Below, in pieces: positions 6,796-13,150 of a stretch of DNA of 13,150 nucleotides (positions are counted from its first letter, which is position 1; each line of letters opens with the position of its first letter). Source of the DNA: Candidatus Aegiribacteria sp. (GTDB lineage: Bacteria; Fermentibacterota; Fermentibacteria; Fermentibacterales; JCC-6); NCBI GenBank assembly GCA_046498225.1, contig JAWOBF010000044.1:1-13150 (forward strand), written 5' to 3'. Both the position numbers and the translations under genes were made by a program. The notes under the pieces are model-generated. The model made no database searches. It was given only the letters and a program-made list of their open reading frames with translations, and had not been told where the DNA came from.

Positions 6796-8262
6796 TTACC
6801 TCAGGACCGTGAACCTGCGGGTGTCCGTGTTGCCCGCGCCGTCGGCCACCTTCGCGGTATAGACACCCGCGGGGACTTCATCCGGAACGGCCCAGGTGAG
6901 GGTCGTCTCGCCCCCGTCGGGATTGTCAGCCCGCATGGAGTGCACCATCCTGCCGGAGGTGTCGTAGATGACAACGTCCAGCATCGGCGCGGCGGGGGAG
7001 GAAACGCTGAAAACGGCGCTCGATACCACGGGGTTGGGATATATGGAATTAAGGGCCAGGACGGGCTCCATTCCCACCGCCGGGTTCTCCCCTATGCCCA
7101 CGTAGTTAAGGGCGAACATGCAGAACATGATGTTCATGGGCCTGCACTCGTCGCATATCCTCTCTATCTCCGTGGTGTCGCTCTGGCTGCCCCAGAAACC
7201 GTTGTCGTTGACTTCCGGGGTCATGCAGTAAACGGTGCCTGGAATGTCGTCGTTGCCGTAGGTCCAGTCCATCTGGTCGCCGTTGGTGTTGTAGAGTACC
7301 TCCCACGCGGTCCCGTACGAGTAGCTGTTGTCCGCGGTCATCTGACTCGCCCATCCAGAGAACAGGTCGTTGTCGGGGGTGTAGAAGTCGTCGTATCCCC
7401 AGGGGTAAAGGAGGTATCCGCCGTAGGTGTGGTAGCTCATGGAGGCTATGGGCTGGACGTCTATCATGAAATCCCTCTGGACCTGTGTCTCCGGTTCGGA
7501 GAAGGGGCCCGTGCCCCGGTAGGTTGGATCGTTGGGATTGGGACTGGAGCCGCTGTCGTCGTAGCCCCACATGTAGCCCCAGTTCCTGTTGAGGTCGATG
7601 CCGTCGCCCTCCGTGAAGTTCATGTTCTTGCGGTGCATTCCTCCGCCCGGCAGGTTGTTGAGGTAGCCGTCGGGGTTGGCGACTGGAATGAAGTAGAGGG
7701 TCGCGTTGTCCAGTATGTAGGCGGCTTCCGTATCGCCGCCGTCGTAGTTGTCCACCAGCCAGTTGGCGTAATCGATCAGCACCGAGTTGCCGCCGGGCTC
7801 CCTGGCGTGTATGAGGGAGGAGAATATGATGGCCGGTTTGTACCCGCCTGATGAACTGGTCATCTCTATGGCGTAGATGTCGCGTCCCTCGTAGGACTGG
7901 CCGATGGTAACCGGCGTGGTCACCAGGTCCTCGTTCTCCGCGGCCAGGGTGCACCAGAACTCCCAGTTCTCCTCCACATCGTAGTAGTACCCGCCTCCCC
8001 TGGCGTTCTCCGGAAGCAGCTCTCCCCACTCCCTGGGAAGCACTTCGTAGTTTTGTGTGAGCAGGGCCGCCTTCTCCACTTCCTCGTCCGGAAGCACTAT
8101 GTCCACGTATCCTTCCCTGCGGTTGACGCTGGCCACGTCGTAACCTTCCCGAAGAAGCTCCAGGGCGAACCCGTCCGGAACCTGGTGAAGCCTCACCAGC
8201 CTGTCCGCGGAAACGGTGGAGAACAAAGCTGCCAGAGCAAGCAGAACTACAGCGTATCTCAT
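6796..8262 (-). CDS. Secreted M14 zinc carboxypeptidase (carboxypeptidase T-like) with T9SS type A / FlgD-Ig-like C-terminal domain
   Basis: Sec signal peptide (..TVSA|D), prodomain, IHARE zinc motif, NPDG, RKN, GIDLNRN, YRG..PFSEPET, SYHTYG..LLYPWGY, catalytic TPEV; C-terminal IYPNP...IYDTSGRMV...W...PAGVY. Confidence 0.93.
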   Translation of the reverse strand: MRYAVVLLALAALFSTVSADRLVRLHQVPDGFALELLREGYDVASVNRREGYVDIVLPDEEVEKAALLTQNYEVLPREWGELLPENARGGGYYYDVEENWEFWCTLAAENEDLVTTPVTIGQSYEGRDIYAIEMTSSSGGYKPAIIFSSLIHAREPGGNSVLIDYANWLVDNYDGGDTEAAYILDNATLYFIPVANPDGYLNNLPGGGMHRKNMNFTEGDGIDLNRNWGYMWGYDDSGSSPNPNDPTYRGTGPFSEPETQVQRDFMIDVQPIASMSYHTYGGYLLYPWGYDDFYTPDNDLFSGWASQMTADNSYSYGTAWEVLYNTNGDQMDWTYGNDDIPGTVYCMTPEVNDNGFWGSQSDTTEIERICDECRPMNIMFCMFALNYVGIGENPAVGMEPVLALNSIYPNPVVSSAVFSVSSPAAPMLDVVIYDTSGRMVHSMRADNPDGGETTLTWAVPDEVPAGVYTAKVADGAGNTDTRRFTVLR

Positions 8263-8282
8263 TTCAATCTCCCTTGTATTAG

Positions 8283-8311
8283 TTGACTTCCATCGTATTC
8301 GGGCTTAGAAT
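8283..8311 (+). promoter_or_regulatory. Sigma70-type promoter for rpsT
   Basis: TTGACT (8283-8288) - 17 bp - TAGAAT (8306-8311) in an AT-rich intergenic region. Confidence 0.7.
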
Positions 8312-8339
8312 TCAAGCCTCTGTATGGAAATGCCGAGAA

Positions 8340-8367
8340 ATTCTAAAGGTTACATCTAATTTGTGAA
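8340..8367 (-). promoter_or_regulatory. Candidate promoter for the carboxypeptidase-J-domain-merR operon
   Basis: TTCACA (8367-8362) - 16 bp - TAGAAT (8345-8340) on the minus strand. Confidence 0.45.
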
Positions 8368-8379
8368 AGGAGACTCCTC

Positions 8380-8616
8380 TTGGCAAGGAGCAAACAATCA
8401 CTGAAGCGCCGCAGGACGGATATCGCAAAGGCGAAAAGGAACCGTAGCAGGATGCGCGCTCTGCGGTCCGCCATCAAGGACGCCCGACAGATAGAAGACC
8501 CCGATGAGAGGAAAAGTTCCCTCAAGGAGGCCCAGAGCCTCATTGACAGGGCGGCCAGAAAGAGGCTCATCCATCCCAACAAGGCGGACAGGCTCAAGTC
8601 CTCCCTCATGAAGTAG
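8380..8616 (+). CDS. rpsT: 30S ribosomal protein S20
   Basis: MARSKQSLKRRR...RNRSRMRALRSAIK...AQSLIDRAARKRLIHPNKADRLKS; TTG start with AAGGAG SD. Confidence 0.96.
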   Translation: MARSKQSLKRRRTDIAKAKRNRSRMRALRSAIKDARQIEDPDERKSSLKEAQSLIDRAARKRLIHPNKADRLKSSLMK

Positions 8617-8654
8617 CGTTCCCCTTTCCCGTCCCTTCGGGAACGGTCCCGATA

Positions 8655-8682
8655 TTGACGATCCTCTTTATTTTGTTAGATT
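8655..8682 (+). promoter_or_regulatory. Promoter of the dtxR-feoA-feoB operon
   Basis: TTGACG (8655-8660) - 16 bp - extended -10 TGnTAGATT (8674-8682); SD GAGGAGG before ATG 8712. Confidence 0.65.
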
Positions 8683-8694
8683 AGACTAACAGAT
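8674..8694. promoter_or_regulatory. DtxR/IdeR-type operator overlapping the -10 element
   Basis: TTAGATTAGACTAACAGAT (8676-8694) matches the DtxR consensus TTAGGTTAGCCTAACCTAA at 14/19 positions; also forms the inverted repeat TGTTAG-N6-CTAACA (8674-8691). Confidence 0.75.
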
Positions 8695-8711
8695 GAAGAG
8701 GAGGCTAATTA

Positions 8712-9482
8712 ATGTCCCGTGAAAAAGGCCCCGTGACAGGTTCGCTCGAGGACTACCTCGAGACCATATTCCGCATTCAGGGGTCCAGCTCGGTAGCCCG
8801 GGTCAGGGACATCGCGGACGAGATGGACGTCAGCCCGGCCTCGGTTACGCCGGCCATGAAAAGACTGGCCCAGCTCGACCTCATACGCTACTCCAAGAGA
8901 AACTACATAGAACTCACCGAAAAGGGCCTGAATGTGGCCAGGCGGACCATGACCCGCCACAATCTCCTTTCCCGCTTCCTCTTCGACATACTCGGAGCGG
9001 ACAGGGACCAGGCCGAAGAGGAAGCCTGCGCCATGGAGCATCATCTCTCGGACAGCTCGGTTGAACGGCTGGCGGCGTTCTTCGAGTTCCTTGCCGCGTG
9101 TCCGGAGCTGCGAGGCATACTGGACAGGGGTTTCGGCAACTGCCTGGAAGGAATGGACACCCCCGCCGCCAGGTGCTCCAAGGCCGTATGCCCGCTCATG
9201 AAGGATGATCCTGTGGCGGATGCTCCCGACCTCTCAAGCCTGGCCGCGCTGAATCCCGGCGACAGGAGGAGTGTTGCCAGGATAACCGGAACCGGGGACA
9301 TCAGAAGGCAGCTCATAGACCTGGGCTTCATCCAGGGTTCGCAGGTTACCTTGAAACGTCCCGGCGGAAAGAGCCTTTCCTGCGTTGTGAGTCTGGACGG
9401 CCACGACCTGGAGCTGCCGCGGGATACGGCCCGATGTGTTCTCGTCCATCCAGTGGACGCGGGAAAAGGCGCGGCATCATGA
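8712..9482 (+). CDS. DtxR/MntR-family metal-dependent repressor with Cys-rich linker and C-terminal FeoA (SH3-like) domain
   Basis: SLEDYLETI, HTH ARVRDIADEMDVSPASVT, RHNLLSRFL, EACAMEHHLS metal site; C-terminal LAALNPGD...RRQLIDLGFIQGSQV FeoA domain. Confidence 0.93.
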   Translation: MSREKGPVTGSLEDYLETIFRIQGSSSVARVRDIADEMDVSPASVTPAMKRLAQLDLIRYSKRNYIELTEKGLNVARRTMTRHNLLSRFLFDILGADRDQAEEEACAMEHHLSDSSVERLAAFFEFLAACPELRGILDRGFGNCLEGMDTPAARCSKAVCPLMKDDPVADAPDLSSLAALNPGDRRSVARITGTGDIRRQLIDLGFIQGSQVTLKRPGGKSLSCVVSLDGHDLELPRDTARCVLVHPVDAGKGAAS

Positions 9483-10099
9483 GGAACAGAAGAGGCAGAA
9501 AGCGCGGCGGTGAACGTAATTCCAGAGGGCCCGGAAGCGTCAGGTCCGGATATCCCCTGACCATTGCCTCATCGGACGAATGGGTCAGGGTCATGAGCAT
9601 CACCACCGACCACGCCGCCGAAAGCCGGCTGGTGAGCATGGGCATAAACCCCGGAGCCCTCCTGCGGGTGATATCCGCATCGGGCAGCGGTCCGATAGTA
9701 GTCGCCAGGGACGAGACCAGGTTCGGCATAGACAGGAAGACCGCCTGGCATGTCAGGGTGGTCCCGGCATCCCCGAATACCGGCAGTGTCCCCTACCCCC
9801 CTGTCTGCGACGATGACTGCAGAGGCTGCTCCTACCGGACGGAGATGATGAAGGCCGACTACGGCGAGAGCGTCACTCTGGATTCCCTCGAAACCGGAGA
9901 GGAAGGCAGGGTCATCTCCGTGAGGGGCAGGGGACATACCGTGACCAGGCTTTTGAAACTGGGGTTCGCCGGGGACGCAGTAGTGAGGATGGTCCGGAAG
10001 AAGACGGAACCCGACCGACTGCTGGTGGAGGTGGGGGGAAATGAGGTGGAGATCAGCGGCTGGGACGCCCTGCACGTGATACTCGAGGTGGTCCGGTGA
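9479..10099 (+). CDS. feoA: FeoA family protein with two tandem FeoA domains
   Basis: RLVSMGINPGALLRV..GPIVV..ETRFGI and LDSLETGEEGRV..RLLKLGF. Start placed at ATG 9479 from the ATGA overlap with the dtxR stop. Confidence 0.88.
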   Translation: MRNRRGRKRGGERNSRGPGSVRSGYPLTIASSDEWVRVMSITTDHAAESRLVSMGINPGALLRVISASGSGPIVVARDETRFGIDRKTAWHVRVVPASPNTGSVPYPPVCDDDCRGCSYRTEMMKADYGESVTLDSLETGEEGRVISVRGRGHTVTRLLKLGFAGDAVVRMVRKKTEPDRLLVEVGGNEVEISGWDALHVILEVVR

Positions 10100-12186
10100 A
10101 CGACATTTCCGTGATAGCCCTGGCGGGGAACCCGAATTCGGGCAAGACTTCCATCTTCAACGCGCTCACCGGCGCGCGGCAGCATGTGGCCAACTACCCG
10201 GGCATCACGGTGGAGATCAAGGAGGGGACCGCCCAGGCAGGCGAGCGGCGGGTGAAGGTGGTGGACCTGCCGGGAACCTACAGTCTCACCCCCTATTCCC
10301 CGGACGAGGTGGCCGCCAGGGATTACCTGCTTGAACAGCATCCAGACGTAGTGATACATGTGGTGGACGCCTCGAACCTGGAACGGAACCTCTACCTCAC
10401 CACCCAGCTCATGGAGCTGGGAGTTCCGGTCATAGTTGCTCTTAACATGATCGACATAGCCGAGATGAGAGGAATAAGGATAGATGAGGGTCGGCTATCC
10501 GAAATCCTGGGCGTCCCGGTGGTCCGAACGGTTGGCAACAGGGGCACGGGAACGGAGGAGCTCCTTGACGAAGCGCTGGCCCTGGCCTCCATAGAGTCCA
10601 GCTGGATACCCATCGACCTCTCCTACGGCAGTTCCTCCGACAGGGCTCTGGCCATACTGGAGAGAAAGATACGGGACAGCGGCCTTCTCACGGACATGGT
10701 GCCCCCCAGGTGGCTGGCCCTGCGCCTGCTGGAACAGGACTCCCACACCATTGACCGGGTTGAAAGACTGGACCATCCGGCGGCGGAGGAGATGCTTGAC
10801 ACCGCCAAAAAACTGGCGGAACAGGTCTTCCGGGAGATGAAGGACGAGACCGAGGGGGTCATTGCCGACCACAGGTACGGTTTCGTGGCAGGAGTGGTCA
10901 AGATGGTCAGGACCAGCTCCATCGACAACAGGATATACCTCTCCGACCGTATAGACAGGTTCCTCACAAATCCCGTCCTGGGACCGATCATCATGGCGGC
11001 GGTGCTGTTCGGACTGTTCCAGTTCACCTTCTTCATCAGCAGCGCTCCGGTCTCGTGGGTGGAAAGCTTCTTCGTCCGGCTCCATGAGCTGGCCTGGGGA
11101 CTGCTTCCGGATGGACTCATCCGCTCAATGGTGGTCAACGGCGCCATAGACGGGGTGGGCGGAGTAGTGGGATTCGTTCCCCTGATAATGTTCATGTTCT
11201 TCTTCATCTCCATCCTCGAGGATACCGGCTACATGGCGAGGATCGCCTTCCTGATGGACAGGGTATTCCGCAAGTGCGGGCTTCACGGCAACTCCATAGT
11301 GCCGTTCATCGTATCCGGCGGCATAACCGGAGGATGCGCGGTACCTGGCATAATGGCCGCCAGAACGCTGAGGGACCCCAAAGAGAGGTTCGCGACCATC
11401 CTCTCGGCCCCGTTCATGAACTGCGGCGGGAAGCTTCCGGTTTACGCCCTGCTCATAGGAGCGTTCTTCTCCTCTCACGAGGGACTGGTGCTTTTCCTGC
11501 TCACCATACTTTCCTGGGTCTTTGCCATGCTTTCGGCCAAACTGCTCCGCTCCACCATTCTCAGGGGCGCATCCACTTCCTTCGTCCTCGAGCTCCCACC
11601 CTACAGGATGCCCGCCTTCGGAGGCCTGCTGATTCACATGTGGGAACGCACCTGGCTCTACCTGAAAAAGGCGGGGACGGTCATCCTTCTCGCATCGGTG
11701 GTCATGTGGACGCTGATGACCTTTCCCGCGCTGCCGGACGAGGAGGCTTCAACCCTCAGCGGCGGGCAGCTCATTCAGGCCAGGCTTTCCAACTCCATAG
11801 CCGGAAGGACGGGAAAAGCGGTGGAGAGTTTCACCAGACCGCTGATGGGTTTCGACTGGAAGACCAACGTGGCCCTGATAGGCGGGTTCGCCGCCAAGGA
11901 GATAGTGGTCTCAACCCTGGGCACCGCCTATTCCATGGGGGAAATTGACGATGAGGACGCCGAGTCCCTCTCCGAACGGCTGGCCTCGGAGGAGGGCTGG
12001 AACCCGGTAATGGCCTTCGCCCTGATCATCTTCATCATGCTCTACATCCCCTGCATAGCCACGGTGGCGGTCATCAAACGGGAAACACACTCCTGGGCGT
12101 GGGCCGGTTTCTCGATCCTGTACACCACCGCGGTGGCCCTGTTAATGGCGACACTGGTGTACCAGATGGGCTCCCTGCTCACCTGA
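10096..12186 (+). CDS. feoB: Ferrous iron transport protein B
   Basis: G1 GNPNSGKT, VANYPGITVE, DLPGTYSL, NMID; membrane domain LEDTGYMARIAF, gate Cys in GCAVPG and PFMNC, ELPPYR, AAKEIVV, LYIPCIAT; GTGA overlap with feoA. Confidence 0.97.
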   Translation: MNDISVIALAGNPNSGKTSIFNALTGARQHVANYPGITVEIKEGTAQAGERRVKVVDLPGTYSLTPYSPDEVAARDYLLEQHPDVVIHVVDASNLERNLYLTTQLMELGVPVIVALNMIDIAEMRGIRIDEGRLSEILGVPVVRTVGNRGTGTEELLDEALALASIESSWIPIDLSYGSSSDRALAILERKIRDSGLLTDMVPPRWLALRLLEQDSHTIDRVERLDHPAAEEMLDTAKKLAEQVFREMKDETEGVIADHRYGFVAGVVKMVRTSSIDNRIYLSDRIDRFLTNPVLGPIIMAAVLFGLFQFTFFISSAPVSWVESFFVRLHELAWGLLPDGLIRSMVVNGAIDGVGGVVGFVPLIMFMFFFISILEDTGYMARIAFLMDRVFRKCGLHGNSIVPFIVSGGITGGCAVPGIMAARTLRDPKERFATILSAPFMNCGGKLPVYALLIGAFFSSHEGLVLFLLTILSWVFAMLSAKLLRSTILRGASTSFVLELPPYRMPAFGGLLIHMWERTWLYLKKAGTVILLASVVMWTLMTFPALPDEEASTLSGGQLIQARLSNSIAGRTGKAVESFTRPLMGFDWKTNVALIGGFAAKEIVVSTLGTAYSMGEIDDEDAESLSERLASEEGWNPVMAFALIIFIMLYIPCIATVAVIKRETHSWAWAGFSILYTTAVALLMATLVYQMGSLLT

Positions 12187-12193
12187 ACGATTC

Positions 12194-13150
12194 TCAGATG
12201 ACAAAACCGTCTTCCAGCATGCTGTTCTTGGGTACGACTATGATACCGTCACGAATGCAGTAGCGGTCGGAAGTGTACTCCCGGACCCCTTCCGCGTTCT
12301 CCAGCCGGCACCCGTCACCTATCCTGGCGTTCTTGTCTATTATGGCGTTCCGAATGCGGCAGTCCCGTCCAATGCCCAGGGGAAGCAGGTCCGGATCATG
12401 GTTCCTGGGGTCGAGATAGTGCCCCTCCCAGTAATCCGAACCCATGAACACGCAGTCCTCCATCACCGTGCCCGGTCTCACCTTGCCCCTGAGCCCGACC
12501 ACGCACCTGTTCAGGCGGGCGCCCTCCAAGTCCGAGGCGTCGCAGATTATGGTGTCGGTGCAGCTGCAGCTGTTCACCCTGGCACCCGGAAGGGCCCTGG
12601 CGCTGGTGTAGAGGGGGGAGAAGCTCCTGTAGAGATCAAAATCCGGTTTGGGGCCGGCCATGTCCAGGTTGGCCCTGAAGAAGTTGGAAATGGTCCCGAT
12701 GTCCGACCAGTAGCCGCCGAAGGGGAATGAAGTGACCCTGTAGGAACCGATGGCATTTGGAATTATCTCCCTGCCGAAATCGATGACGTCCGGCTCCCTC
12801 TCCAGCACCTCCCTGAGTATTTTCGGCGTGAACATGTATATGCCCATGTTGCCCAGGTAGGGTTTGGCTTCGGTAGTGCCTTTCTGAGCGCTTTTCATGC
12901 TTTCCAGTGCATCGCCCGAAGGTTTTTCCCTGAACTCCGTGATTATGCCGTCGTCCCCCACCTTCATGATTCCCAGGGAGGAGGCTTCGGAGTCGGTTAC
13001 CGGTATCGTTCCAATGGTTATGTCGGCCCCGCTACTGAGATGGTAGCCGGCGAAACGGTTGAAGTCCATCCTGTAGAGCTGGTCTCCGGAGAGTATCAGG
13101 ACCAGGTCGGGGTGCTGGCTGCTTATGTACTTGAGGCTCTGCCTCACGGC
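12194..13150 (-). CDS. glgC: Glucose-1-phosphate adenylyltransferase (ADP-glucose pyrophosphorylase); 5' end beyond the window edge
   Basis: AVRQ, LILSGDQLYRMD, FREKP, MGIY, DFGREIIP, YWSDIGTI, left-handed beta-helix ending NAIIDKNARIG..IRDGIIVVPKN. The frame is open to the window edge. Confidence 0.96.
   Translation of the reverse strand, partial: AVRQSLKYISSQHPDLVLILSGDQLYRMDFNRFAGYHLSSGADITIGTIPVTDSEASSLGIMKVGDDGIITEFREKPSGDALESMKSAQKGTTEAKPYLGNMGIYMFTPKILREVLEREPDVIDFGREIIPNAIGSYRVTSFPFGGYWSDIGTISNFFRANLDMAGPKPDFDLYRSFSPLYTSARALPGARVNSCSCTDTIICDASDLEGARLNRCVVGLRGKVRPGTVMEDCVFMGSDYWEGHYLDPRNHDPDLLPLGIGRDCRIRNAIIDKNARIGDGCRLENAEGVREYTSDRYCIRDGIIVVPKNSMLEDGFVI

Noticed and set aside
6028..7851. 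607-aa plus-strand ORF, and similarly 2835..3779 and 4246..4863
   Set aside because: Antisense to well-supported genes, with the V/H/G/L-rich composition typical of reverse-frame shadows
9434..9478. Upstream ATG start for feoA
   Set aside because: It would overlap dtxR by 49 bp; the ATGA coupling at 9479 is more plausible
13145..13147. GTG 13147 as the glgC start
   Set aside because: It is the internal Val of the conserved (TAD)AVRQ motif; the N-terminal domain lies outside the window

Overview
GC-rich bacterial chromosomal core region. I see no mobile element, prophage or CRISPR array. The minus strand, read right to left, carries a secreted M14 zinc carboxypeptidase with a T9SS/FlgD-like C-terminal domain, a J-domain/TPR protein, a MerR-family regulator, tRNA-Pro(GGG), a COG2426 membrane protein, tRNA-Pro(CGG), a TIGR00725/LOG-family protein, apt, an acidic lipoprotein, rarA, pcm, and a degenerate histidine-kinase-like ORF that runs off the left edge and is missing from the ORF track. 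The plus strand carries rpsT and a dtxR(+FeoA domain)-feoA(double)-feoB ferrous iron uptake operon with a DtxR box over its promoter. This operon converges on a 5'-truncated glgC. The C-terminal sorting domain suggests an FCB-group organism, possibly Fermentibacterota-like (inference only). The main points of interest are Cys-rich putative Fe-S linkers in both DtxR and FeoA, the pseudo-kinase-like ORF, a probable ATC start codon, and two promoter-tRNA-Pro-ORF modules.
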